DNA of 64,000 nt from a virus. Its lineage: Duplodnaviria; Caudoviricetes. Position 1 is the stretch's first letter. Every line of letters starts with the position of its first letter. The notes beneath the pieces were generated by a model. It was not told the DNA's origin, did no database searches, and was given only the letters and a program-made list of their open reading frames with translations. Positions 50,562 through 60,491 of the stretch are shown here, one piece after another. The position numbers and the translations under genes were made by a program. The stretch covers positions 68,723 through 132,722 of the IMG/VR virus record IMGVR_UViG_3300028048_000072. The stretch is one strand, 5' to 3'.

Positions 50562-51872
50562 CTAAAGGGAGTAGGCTTCGTGCTTCTCCGACTGTGGGTT
50601 AGAAGATTCACCATAATTATGGTTGCTACATTTAAGAGCCGAATCGACTAGAGCCTTCATCTCCACACGCTTATAATTGGTACGTTCCATACCTATGTTA
50701 TTTTTATAAAACCAAAGCATATTGTAAGTTGCGTGTAAATCTCTATCCATAGAAACCCCACAACCGCAGACAAACATTCTATCTTTCACAGTCAATTTAT
50801 CATGAAACACACCGCAATTTGTGCAGAGTTTTGTCGTGGGAACAGACTTTGCAAGAATCGATGTTTTAGAATTTTGTTTAAGTTTTGATTTAACTCTACC
50901 TAAAACAGAATGTTGAACTTTCTTACCATGACCATTTTTCTGCCAATTTGAAAGTTGTTCATCTTGAATAACAATGTTTTCAAATTCATTCAAATGAGCA
51001 ACAATCTTATTAGCCAAATCACCTTTTTGATTAGAAAGTTTTCTATACGCTTTTCTTAGTTGTTTGACTGTTTTAATGTAGTTCTTTGAGCCTTTCTTCA
51101 TTCGTCTGTTTAGTTTTACAGACAGTTTCTTGATACGCTCACTTTCTTGAACTTGTACATTAATCTTTTCTCCATTTGAAAGAGTAAAAGAAGTCTCACA
51201 ACCAAAATCTATAGCAACGGTTTCACCGTTAGTTTTCTTTTTGTTTATTTTTTCTTTATTTGTGAATGTCGTTATTGACACATAATATCCGCAAGGAGTA
51301 TTTAATAATTTGAAATCTGCATAATCAAGGTCTTTATTTATAAACTGATTCAACCCATTTACTACAATCGTTCCTTTTATACCTTGTAATTTAATTCGTT
51401 TTGAGGAAACAATTTTATGAGTTACTCCATATTGTTTATATGTTACAGATTTTAATTCTTTACAAAATTTTAATCTTCCAACTTTATAACCTTTCTTTTT
51501 CAAAGACGATAAAGTTTTAATGTTTGCACAAATTTCATCAAGAATTGTCTGTTTGATACTTGCAGGAATGTATTGTAATTTATATTGAGATAAATTTTTA
51601 TCTTTATCTGAAATTGTAATTTCTTTAATTTTCGTATCAAAATTCCAAATTTTATTGTTTTCTTTATCTTGGTTAGACCAATTAAGAATATGATTTTTAT
51701 ATCTTTTTCCTTCTACAAAAATCATTTGTAATTGTTCTTTTTGTAATTTTGAAAGTTTATTCTCTTGAATTTTTATTTGGAAAACACGACAAACTTGATT
51801 CTGTCTTTTCTTTCTAGTTTCAGACATAGTTTGAGAAATTTGCTTATTTTTCTTCAAATTTTTGTTTTCCAT
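50562..51872 (-). CDS. tnpB: TnpB RNA-guided nuclease
   Basis: RuvC AIDFG, IVIQDE, DRDLHA; zinc finger CTNCG...CGCG. Confidence 0.9.
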   Translation of the reverse strand: MENKNLKKNKQISQTMSETRKKRQNQVCRVFQIKIQENKLSKLQKEQLQMIFVEGKRYKNHILNWSNQDKENNKIWNFDTKIKEITISDKDKNLSQYKLQYIPASIKQTILDEICANIKTLSSLKKKGYKVGRLKFCKELKSVTYKQYGVTHKIVSSKRIKLQGIKGTIVVNGLNQFINKDLDYADFKLLNTPCGYYVSITTFTNKEKINKKKTNGETVAIDFGCETSFTLSNGEKINVQVQESERIKKLSVKLNRRMKKGSKNYIKTVKQLRKAYRKLSNQKGDLANKIVAHLNEFENIVIQDEQLSNWQKNGHGKKVQHSVLGRVKSKLKQNSKTSILAKSVPTTKLCTNCGVFHDKLTVKDRMFVCGCGVSMDRDLHATYNMLWFYKNNIGMERTNYKRVEMKALVDSALKCSNHNYGESSNPQSEKHEAYSL

Positions 51873-51964
51873 AATTTCCTTTATTATACTAGTTACAGTA
51901 TAATTTGTCAATATAGATAGTTAAAATAATTGACAATTATACTATAAATATATAAAATATAGTT

Positions 51965-52369
51965 ATGAAACAGAAATATAAAACTTTAAATCATGAAAAA
52001 TTCAAGATTCGATATCACATAATATTCTCAACAAAATATAGAAGAAAATGTCTGAATGAAATAAGAACGGATTTATTAAATTCTATGAAAAGAGCAGAAT
52101 CATTACAAAATAAATGGAAAATCGAAATTATGGAAATAGATAAAGACCATATTCATTTCTTGATTTCCGCTACACCTACAGATTGTATTTATAAAATAAT
52201 TCATTCTTTAAAACAAATTTCAACTTACGATATGTGGAAATTACATCATGATTGGTTATCGAAGTTTTATTGGAAACAACATCATTTATGGACTAGAGGA
52301 TATTTCTGTACGACAATAGGAGAAATTTCAGAAGAAAAAATTAAACATTATATTGAAAATCAAGGATAA
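51965..52369 (+). CDS. tnpA: IS200-type Y1 (HUH) transposase
   Basis: YHIIFSTKYRR, DHIH, LWTRGYF, YIENQ. Confidence 0.95.
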   Translation: MKQKYKTLNHEKFKIRYHIIFSTKYRRKCLNEIRTDLLNSMKRAESLQNKWKIEIMEIDKDHIHFLISATPTDCIYKIIHSLKQISTYDMWKLHHDWLSKFYWKQHHLWTRGYFCTTIGEISEEKIKHYIENQG

Positions 52370-52516
52370 TGTGGCAATTCACATAGCCACCCTTTAGGGT
52401 GGCATCTATCTTGCCACTTTTCTGTATAACCAATTATCATTTTAAACAAACCCCTTTTTGTAATTATTTTTTTAGATTTAATTACTTTATCAAAATGTTT
52501 AAGTTTAATCAATAGG

Positions 52517-54577
52517 TTAGGCTAGTTTTAATCCCAATTTATCATAAATTTCATCACCAAATGTTTTTAATGAATGTTGAGATTTTTCAAATTCTAATTG
52601 TTCATCAAAAATATATTGTGGGTCTAATGTTCCAAATCTATCTGCAAGTGTACAACATCCTACAACGCTATCGACAACATCTTTCCCAAAATACCCCAAC
52701 CTGCTTGTAGTCCAATCTTCATTCTCAAAATCACACCATTCGCCTTTTATATGGTCAATTTTATTATGTAAACCTTTTCCATCTTGTGTTTTAGAATAAA
52801 TTAATGCTTTATAATTATTCTTTGCTATAATATTTCTACCCATTTTTACACGTCTTTGAGTTAATGCAGAAACATGACTTAAATAAGGTTCAATAGGGTA
52901 GTCTACAGATAATTTAATACAGTCAATTCCAATTCGATTTAAATATTGAATTGTGGTATCACTTTGGAATCCATCAAGAGAAACTTTACCAAATTTTATT
53001 CCACCATAAACTGACATATCTCTTATTAAATATCTAAAGGCATCCATATTTATTTCTTCTTTTGTTGCTAGAATAGGCAAACTGAAATCAACAATATACA
53101 CTTTTTCACCTTTAGTGTTTTGTTCCAAATGACACATAGAAATACAAGCCATATCATGTGTTTTTGCCAAGTCTATTGAAGCAAATCTAACTGCAAAAGG
53201 ATTTCTATAAAAAGTATAATTACTTCCTACACCACTATAAACAAATAATCCGCTGTTTTTTACAATATCCCATAAAAGATTTTCAGACGGCAAAGAAGTT
53301 GGTGCATGATGAAACATTAAGAAGTTTTTAAGATTTTCTGTAAACGCATCTTCAATAACATCATAATTAGTGATAAGTTTAAGGTCATTACCACCACTAG
53401 GAACAGCACCATAGTCTTTTAAGATTTTAGATGGTGTATCCATAGCAACATCATATAAATCTATAGGCATATCTATTAATTCGTCATCGTTATAATTTTT
53501 CCTTTCTTCTTCACTAATAATCTTACAAGGTTTTGCAACATTACCTTTAAACATTGTAAATACTTTTGAATGGTCTTTTTGATAAATTGGAAACAAATGT
53601 TCTTGAATTTCCCATTTTTTATGATTTGAATAAAGAATATTTTTATCATCTTTATGTTGTGCAATCCATTGGTCTGCCAATCCTTCCATACTATTAGGAG
53701 ATGAATCGATAATGATTGTAGTTTCTGTATTATTATAACCAAAACGAGATGCTACACGATTTATACCGTCTGTTAACATTCGCATAACTCTTTCTTCAGG
53801 CATTTGTTCACACAAAAATGCCATTTCAGTTACAGAAAAATTTAAAATTGTTCTTCCGACCAAATCTGACGGTTCACAAGCAACATCAAAATAAACATCA
53901 CCAATTCTAATGATAGAGTTACCGTTTGAAGTATTACACCAAAGAATTTTCCCACTATTAAGATATTCGGGGTTGGTCATATCTCTTTCATATCTTAATT
54001 TATGAAACATCGTGGAGTTTTCCATAATAGAAATCATCGGTTTTAATACCAAGTCATAACAAGTTGATTTTGTAAAAGAAACCGAAGTATCAGTTAATCG
54101 TGTAGAACGAGCCAATTTAAAATATTGTTTAGGATTTCGCAAAGATAGCGTATAAACTGCACGAAATAATTTTAACAAACCAACAAGCGTACTCTTTCCA
54201 AAACCGATACAATCGTATAATACATCTGTATTTTTACCATTCATTGGATTAAAAAATGTTAGAAAATTTTCTTTAATATGGGGATATAAATCTTCTGACA
54301 TTGAGCCAATCCATTTATCAGTTAAAAATTCTTCGGGTGTAACTTTAAAAGTATGATTTATTTTCCATGAGTTTTCTAACAAATTACCCTTTTCGTTTTC
54401 AGATAATTTTTCATCATGTAAAATTACTTTCATTGCAGAATTAATATTATCTATATCACTCGCATCCAACATTTTAAAAACATCTTGTAAGTAACTCAAA
54501 TCTTCTTGTGGATGTGCTATAACATCTTTACATATATCTACCAAATTTTTATCTACATTCATTGTCCAATCTTCCAT
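52517..54577 (-). CDS. terL: terminase large subunit
   Basis: IGFGKST Walker A, IDSSP coupling motif, SIDLA...D, DGFQS, KDVVDS nuclease acidic residues. Confidence 0.8.
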   Translation of the reverse strand: MEDWTMNVDKNLVDICKDVIAHPQEDLSYLQDVFKMLDASDIDNINSAMKVILHDEKLSENEKGNLLENSWKINHTFKVTPEEFLTDKWIGSMSEDLYPHIKENFLTFFNPMNGKNTDVLYDCIGFGKSTLVGLLKLFRAVYTLSLRNPKQYFKLARSTRLTDTSVSFTKSTCYDLVLKPMISIMENSTMFHKLRYERDMTNPEYLNSGKILWCNTSNGNSIIRIGDVYFDVACEPSDLVGRTILNFSVTEMAFLCEQMPEERVMRMLTDGINRVASRFGYNNTETTIIIDSSPNSMEGLADQWIAQHKDDKNILYSNHKKWEIQEHLFPIYQKDHSKVFTMFKGNVAKPCKIISEEERKNYNDDELIDMPIDLYDVAMDTPSKILKDYGAVPSGGNDLKLITNYDVIEDAFTENLKNFLMFHHAPTSLPSENLLWDIVKNSGLFVYSGVGSNYTFYRNPFAVRFASIDLAKTHDMACISMCHLEQNTKGEKVYIVDFSLPILATKEEINMDAFRYLIRDMSVYGGIKFGKVSLDGFQSDTTIQYLNRIGIDCIKLSVDYPIEPYLSHVSALTQRRVKMGRNIIAKNNYKALIYSKTQDGKGLHNKIDHIKGEWCDFENEDWTTSRLGYFGKDVVDSVVGCCTLADRFGTLDPQYIFDEQLEFEKSQHSLKTFGDEIYDKLGLKLA

Positions 54578-54640
54578 TTATATTATAAAAAATTATTTCC
54601 TTTTTATATTATAAATAGTAATTTATATACATTTTAAACA

Positions 54641-54865
54641 GACGGCTTGATTGAACAGTGGCATAATGGGTCTTTTGCTTCTTATGTTTGGACTTTCTTG
54701 GTTCAAATGGAAACATTAAATTATTGTATACCTAATTTTTTCAAAGGAATATATGCAGGAGATTCTGCATTTGAATTAACGTGTACTAAAAATAAAGATT
54801 CATTAAAAATACAAAATATTGTTCATGTCGCTAACGTAATCGATTTGTATATAAAAGGTTATTAA
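54641..54865 (+). other. silent tail-fibre C-terminal cassette A
   Basis: DGLIEQW...IKGY*; no RBS; in-frame TAA just upstream; 23-bp repeat at 54635-54657. Confidence 0.85.
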
Positions 54866-55125
54866 TAGCCTTTAACGCTCCAAGTAATCTGCGAAACTAT
54901 GATATAATTTGTGGCAGGGGTAGAATTGCCTAGTTTAAATCCTGTTGTTGCTAAAGTCTCATCCTTAACATTCAATACACATAATCCTCCGTAAGCATTA
55001 ACAGCATTAATTCCTGATATTGAATATCTAGTATTACTCATTACAATTGGTAATACTACATTGGCGGAATATTGAGTTTGGGCACTAGACGGTCGAGATT
55101 TCCCCCATTGTTCAATTAAACCGTT
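54862..55125 (-). other. silent tail-fibre C-terminal cassette B (absent from the ORF track)
   Basis: NGLIEQWGKSRPSS...WSVKGY*; stop overlaps the cassette A stop in TTAA. Confidence 0.85.
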
Positions 55126-55134
55126 CAGTTAGAA

Positions 55135-56709
55135 TTAATAACCCTCCACCTCATAAGTAAATAAAGCAGGGTTAAAGGCTTGTCCACTATTTCCTCGTAT
55201 TTGAAATCTTATTTTCATATTTGTTTTTGTCTTATCATAAGAGTTAGCACACAAAGCAATATCTCCATGTGAGTTAAACTCCGATATATCGAGCGACACA
55301 GAATAAGTGGTATTTTTGAAAGCGATAGGAAAAATAAAAGTCCCTCCAAATATTCCACTTCCAGAATAAGACTGTTTTATAAATCCGTCCGCATTGACGG
55401 TATATCTATTTGAAGCGTCTGCATAATTACACAAAACGGGGTTTTCCATAATCAACCAATATGTACCCGTATACATTAATGTTAAACTTGTGTATGCATC
55501 GAATACTTTATTAGGATAATTAGCATCATAATTTCCACCCGCAAATAAATGACTTCTTAATGCGAAAAGATTTGAATCAACGTATCCAACATCTGTACTT
55601 AATATTCCTGCTCGTCTTGCAACAATTTGTTTTTTATTAGAATCACTTTCACCATTAAATTTTAAATAAACACTAGATATTTCATTACTTGATTGTAAGG
55701 CATTAGCAAATGTAATTTTTAATGTAGTACCCGCTACGATATTAACATCGGGTAAAGTAATATCAAAAATTTTAGATGTATCAGAAATATTATCAGAATT
55801 AGCATCTATACAATAATAACCATATGTTTCTAATGTTGATTTTGTTACATTATTAATTTTATTAAGAGTTACTGCATCATCTGCAATTTTAGATGTAACT
55901 ACTACACCGTCTACAAGTTCACTATTCAAAGATGGATTATTTGAATAAATATTTTGAATATAAGTACCTTCGATTGTAGAAGGATTTGATGGTAATGTAA
56001 TTACTGCTAAAATTAATTTATTTTGTGGACATTTTGGAACAGTAGGTGTTACGCTATCATCACCTTTAATAATGCTAATAGATGACGATTCATCAATAAC
56101 AACTAAATCTTTTCTTGAATTAGTAACATTTAAATCTGAATATTGTAATATATAAGGTGATGATAATGTTACTAAATTTCCATTAATAAAAGCAGAACCT
56201 TTATTTATGATAATTTTACTAGAATCTGTTGGATTATACATAACATGGAAATTTGGATAATCACTCTTAAAATTTTCATAATATTCTCTTGACCAACTTT
56301 TTTCACTAACATCAAAATTCTGTAAAACACCTAATGTATCATAAATTGCTCTACCAAAAATTAAATCTGTAGGTTGAATATTGCTAGAAGATACACCTAA
56401 GAAATCCATATAATTATCTTCAATATTTAACCAATTAAATCTACCTACAATATAATTGTTTGCTTGTGAAACCGATACAGAAACATCAGATGAAGTTTCT
56501 AATCTAGTACCCGTTTCAACGGAAGTATCTTCAAAGAAACAAAGAAAAGGAGAAATTGAAACGGTAGAATCTGTTAATTTTGTTAATTCTCCACCTTTAA
56601 TAATTCCTTTAGGTATCAAATTGTACATAATTTTATTAAATCCTTCAGATGTACCTTCTTGTTTAAAATCAAAAGTTAATGTCTGATTACCTAAATTTGT
56701 TGAACCCAT
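55135..56709 (-). CDS. tail fibre / receptor-binding protein with exchangeable C-terminal ~85 aa
   Basis: structural N-terminus; C-terminus DGFIKQ...FPIAF...EGY* homologous to the four flanking cassettes; TAACTAT at 56744. Confidence 0.8.
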   Translation of the reverse strand: MGSTNLGNQTLTFDFKQEGTSEGFNKIMYNLIPKGIIKGGELTKLTDSTVSISPFLCFFEDTSVETGTRLETSSDVSVSVSQANNYIVGRFNWLNIEDNYMDFLGVSSSNIQPTDLIFGRAIYDTLGVLQNFDVSEKSWSREYYENFKSDYPNFHVMYNPTDSSKIIINKGSAFINGNLVTLSSPYILQYSDLNVTNSRKDLVVIDESSSISIIKGDDSVTPTVPKCPQNKLILAVITLPSNPSTIEGTYIQNIYSNNPSLNSELVDGVVVTSKIADDAVTLNKINNVTKSTLETYGYYCIDANSDNISDTSKIFDITLPDVNIVAGTTLKITFANALQSSNEISSVYLKFNGESDSNKKQIVARRAGILSTDVGYVDSNLFALRSHLFAGGNYDANYPNKVFDAYTSLTLMYTGTYWLIMENPVLCNYADASNRYTVNADGFIKQSYSGSGIFGGTFIFPIAFKNTTYSVSLDISEFNSHGDIALCANSYDKTKTNMKIRFQIRGNSGQAFNPALFTYEVEGY

Positions 56710-56743
56710 AGTCTAAAACTCCTTTATCTTTATTTATAATAAA

Positions 56744-56750
56744 ATAGTTA
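56744..56750 (-). promoter_or_regulatory. TAACTAT putative late promoter (representative copy, before the tail fibre gene)
   Basis: same or 1-mismatch motif upstream of baseplate, terminase, lysis-like, Dps and Hsp20 genes and the sRNA candidates. Confidence 0.6.
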
Positions 56751-56771
56751 ATTGTATATACAATCTAAACA

Positions 56772-56996
56772 GACGGCTTGATTGAACAATGGGGGACATT
56801 TAATTATTCTAATATTGCTAGAAATTTTTTAATAGTATATACGACAATTCCTATGTTTAGTTGTGTCTTTAATTCAAACAGTGCAGATAAACCTCAATAT
56901 AGAGAATTTCCTAGAGCAATTTCTGAAACACAATGGAATCAATTATATGGAGATGCTTCCATTTCTAATGGAACATGGATAGCCAAAGGCTATTAA
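56772..56996 (+). other. silent tail-fibre C-terminal cassette C
   Basis: DGLIEQWG...AKGY*; repeat at 56766-56788. Confidence 0.85.
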
Positions 56997-57256
56997 TATC
57001 CAATACACATAACTCCTATATATTGAGATGTTACATAATACTCATAATGTAACACATCAAAAGTAGATTTTGTTTTATTTTGTACTATTAGCACAGTTCC
57101 TTTCTTAGTTGATATACTGTTAAAAGTATCTTCACAGTTATCTTCTGTAACTGCAACGAAATATCTTGTATTAGAATACTCTACAAATAAATTACATGGA
57201 GTAACTACATCAGCTATAGAAGCAATATACGTTTGCCATTGTTCAATCAAGCCGTC
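56993..57256 (-). other. silent tail-fibre C-terminal cassette D
   Basis: DGLIEQW...IGY*; repeat at 57240-57262; stop overlaps cassette C stop. Confidence 0.85.
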
Positions 57257-57321
57257 TGTTTAAAATGGATATATTCAATAAAAAAATAAAAGGTTATTCT
57301 AAAACAGAATAACCATTTAAA

Positions 57322-57828
57322 TTAAACATTAATTAAGTTTAATTTTCCATTTATTCGTTGATAAACATTTTGATTTGAACTACCTCTCATTTTTAATTTC
57401 AAATCTTTTTTATCATCTTCAAATCTACCATCTATTAAATAATCGACACTTGATAAAATATAATTTATTGAATCATCATTCATCAATTGTAATTCTCCCA
57501 AAGTATATCCACTCCACAGATATATTAAAATATTTGGATTTTTATATTTAATTTGTTGAATGATATATTGAGTATTTTTTCTATTATATTCTGCTAAAGG
57601 TTCACCACCTAATATAGAAAAATCACGATGAACATTATAAGCATTAATCAAATTATTTAACTCATCACAAAGTTTATCAATCTCAATTTCTGTACCATAA
57701 TTTGGATTCCATGTTATTTGATTAAAACAGTTTTTACAATGATGTGGACAACCACTCATAAATAAAGATACTGTAATTCCTTCCATACAATTAACTGTAT
57801 CATTTTCTTTTATTTCTGCGTATTTCAT
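57322..57828 (-). CDS. nrdG: anaerobic ribonucleotide reductase activase
   Basis: GCPHHCKNCFN, GGEP, IDGRF, RGSSNQ. Confidence 0.95.
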   Translation of the reverse strand: MKYAEIKENDTVNCMEGITVSLFMSGCPHHCKNCFNQITWNPNYGTEIEIDKLCDELNNLINAYNVHRDFSILGGEPLAEYNRKNTQYIIQQIKYKNPNILIYLWSGYTLGELQLMNDDSINYILSSVDYLIDGRFEDDKKDLKLKMRGSSNQNVYQRINGKLNLINV

Positions 57829-57992
57829 ATAATCCCTATGATTAATCCCTAAAGATTTATTATCTCTTTAGGGATTATAATTTAATCAATTATAAATAAA
57901 TATTTATATAAAAATCAATATAATTAATGATTTTGTTCGATAATTAAATCTTTGCTTGCATCCTACTGTCCTCTATCTTTTTAACAAAAAAT

Positions 57993-60491
57993 TTAATCAC
58001 CCAAATGTATAACTCGATTTTTAATATCGCTCAAACGACCTTGGTTTGTATTCATTGAATTTTCATTGATACCTCTTGAAATTTGACCTAGATAGCCACA
58101 CAATCGCACGAAATATGATAATTTTTTTTGATTTTTATTTAAACATTTTGGACATTGACATAATAATTTTCCATTATCATTAATAATGCTCAATTCACCT
58201 TCATATCCACATTCATCACAAGAACCTTCATTTCTGAAATTAAATTCTGCATAAAGAATATTATCATACATGTATTTCATCAATTGAAGAATTGCTTTTT
58301 TATTTGTTACCAATGACGTACCACATTCAACATAAGATACTGCCCCACCTTTTGAAAGAGCAAGATATTCACCTTCGAGTTTGAGTTTAGTAAACGCATC
58401 GATTTTTTCTGCAGGATTTACATGATAACTATTACAAACATAATCATGGTCTGTAACTCCAACAATTAATTCACCATCTGCGAGTTTTTTTAATGCTTTT
58501 GCAAATTTTTCAGTTGTACTTTCCTCGGGAGTTCCATAAATAGAATAAGGAATTTTATCAGCAACTTTCCATTCAGTACATTTATCATTCATATATTTCA
58601 TGATTTCTTTAGAAAGTTTAATACCTTCTTTAGTAGTATTAGACTTACCAATTAAACACATACAAGTTTCGTATAATCCAACATATCCCAAAGAAATTGT
58701 AGTGTAATCAACGTCATTTTCAAGCATTGAATCAAGATTATCTTGAGGGTTCAATCTAGCAAGTCCACCATTCATCCAAAGAATAGGAGCATTTTCTGCT
58801 CTAATCTTTTTAATACTCTTATGTCGTTCTTGTAATCCCTTACGGCAAATTTCAAGTCCATAATCTAATACTTCATAAAAATCTCTATTATCCAATTTTG
58901 ATTTTAATGCTACATAAGGGAGATTAATTGTTACTACACCTTGATTCCATCGACCATATGTTTTAGGTTCTAATGTTTTAATTGAATATTCATTTTTTTC
59001 TGAATCAAAAGAAACTGTTAAAATTCTAGCAGTATTACCAAGATAATTATAAACTATCTTCCAATCTGCAAATTCAATATCTCCACTTTCTTTAGAATTT
59101 CTATCTAATTTTTTACAAACAGTTTCCCACAATTCTTTCAATGATTTTGGTTCAAGAGAACGACAAATATATTTTAAATTAGGTTTATCAAGAATTTCCC
59201 AATTTATTCCATAGTTAAGAATTGATGAAATCTCTGCATGTTGAATTTTTCCATCTTTTTCCACATAAGTTTTCTTTCCCCAATATGGAGTAAGGAAACT
59301 TCTGCATCCCATATTCGGGATGATTTGACCTTCTTTTGCTTCACGACATTTCTTTTCTGAAAGAATATCAGGTTGCATACGTTTTACCTCACAATCACAT
59401 GCCAATTTATTCAGATAATAATATGGGTCTGATTCCTCAACATTTAATCCGTCACAAATCCAATAAAGAAGTTTTGGAAATAATGGTGAAATGATTCTAC
59501 CTTTTCTGTCTTTTACACCTTCAGTTCTTTGTCTTAAAACTTCTTCGATAATCATAACAAGGTCTTTTTGTTCTTGTTTTGTCATCGCTTCTGCTAAACA
59601 AAGATTTACACTTAAAAAAGGAGTTTGACCATTAGCACTACTCATTGTCAATGTTTGATATTGGAATGTTTGTATACCACGAGTAATTTCTTTTTTTAAA
59701 TCTTCATCAATAAATTTTTGCATTTGCTCTTCTGTTAAAAATGAAGAACATCTATCATAAATTCTTTTTGTAATTGTTTCTCTTGATTTCTGTAAAGCAT
59801 AAAGTGTTGATGCCCATGAATATGTAGCACCACCATATTGACTTGAACTTACATGTAAAGTTATTTGTGCTAAATGATTACATGCCGTACTAAATGAATG
59901 AGCAGAATCTATTTTTACATCTCCCATAGCAAAATTATTTGTAAACATATCAAATGTATTCATCAAACAACAATTAGACATATTCTGTAATGGTGAATAA
60001 TCCATATCATGAAAATGAATCATTCCAACATCATGTTCTTTTGTTACTTCTTTAGGTAACATTTTTCTACCGATAGTTTTACATTTTGTACCTGCAATAT
60101 AATCACGTTGTGTACTCAATAATGTTGGTTTTTTATTCGCATTATCCCCACTAACATCTTCATTAGTAGAATCACAAATTGAAATGATTTTTAATTCATC
60201 ATCATCATACTTTTTATCTTTCTTTTTATTATTTCTATATAAAACATATGCTTTTGCAACATCATATTGATTTTTATTCATCAATGCTTTTTCTACAAAA
60301 TCATGAATTGTATTAACATCGATTGTTGAATAATTTTTAATTTTTTTCTGCACAAAATCTACAACTTGATTTATTTTTTCATCAGTCATTCTTTTTTCTT
60401 TTTCTACAGAATTATTTGCCAATTTAACGGCATTAAAGATTTTACTTAGATGGAAATCTTCTTCATTTCCATTACATTTTCTTACTTTCAT
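57993..60491 (-). CDS. nrdD: anaerobic (class III) ribonucleotide reductase with ATP cone
   Basis: HFHD, NCC, GQTPF, MGCRSF, NSYH, RLCGYL glycyl-radical motif. Confidence 0.95.
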   Translation of the reverse strand: MKVRKCNGNEEDFHLSKIFNAVKLANNSVEKEKRMTDEKINQVVDFVQKKIKNYSTIDVNTIHDFVEKALMNKNQYDVAKAYVLYRNNKKKDKKYDDDELKIISICDSTNEDVSGDNANKKPTLLSTQRDYIAGTKCKTIGRKMLPKEVTKEHDVGMIHFHDMDYSPLQNMSNCCLMNTFDMFTNNFAMGDVKIDSAHSFSTACNHLAQITLHVSSSQYGGATYSWASTLYALQKSRETITKRIYDRCSSFLTEEQMQKFIDEDLKKEITRGIQTFQYQTLTMSSANGQTPFLSVNLCLAEAMTKQEQKDLVMIIEEVLRQRTEGVKDRKGRIISPLFPKLLYWICDGLNVEESDPYYYLNKLACDCEVKRMQPDILSEKKCREAKEGQIIPNMGCRSFLTPYWGKKTYVEKDGKIQHAEISSILNYGINWEILDKPNLKYICRSLEPKSLKELWETVCKKLDRNSKESGDIEFADWKIVYNYLGNTARILTVSFDSEKNEYSIKTLEPKTYGRWNQGVVTINLPYVALKSKLDNRDFYEVLDYGLEICRKGLQERHKSIKKIRAENAPILWMNGGLARLNPQDNLDSMLENDVDYTTISLGYVGLYETCMCLIGKSNTTKEGIKLSKEIMKYMNDKCTEWKVADKIPYSIYGTPEESTTEKFAKALKKLADGELIVGVTDHDYVCNSYHVNPAEKIDAFTKLKLEGEYLALSKGGAVSYVECGTSLVTNKKAILQLMKYMYDNILYAEFNFRNEGSCDECGYEGELSIINDNGKLLCQCPKCLNKNQKKLSYFVRLCGYLGQISRGINENSMNTNQGRLSDIKNRVIHLGD

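Larger units (their letters stand above)
50546..52423 (-). mobile_element. IS200/IS605-family element (divergent tnpA/tnpB)
   Basis: subterminal hairpins 50554-50575 and 52386-52403; right end ...GTAGTTCAC; no target duplication; ends uncertain by 2 nt (shared AC). Confidence 0.9.
49963..52440 (-). pseudogene. small serine recombinase (resolvase/invertase) interrupted in codon 6 by IS605
   Basis: joining 52440-52424 to 50545-49963 gives a 199-aa ORF MIIGYTRVSTNFQTVESQ...ISG...SELSRLGR...ERQRISERT with C-terminal HTH. Confidence 0.9.

Noticed and set aside
50546-52423. IStron (group I intron-IS hybrid) that would splice out of the recombinase mRNA
   Set aside because: Only about 55 nt lie between the left end and the tnpA stop, leaving no room for a ribozyme core.
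54620-57270. Diversity-generating retroelement acting on the tail fibre
   Set aside because: There is no reverse transcriptase in the window. The cassettes differ throughout rather than only at adenines and are arranged as inverted pairs.
58960-59290. Intein in NrdD
   Set aside because: No Cys/Ser start with a His-Asn end, and no LAGLIDADG motifs.
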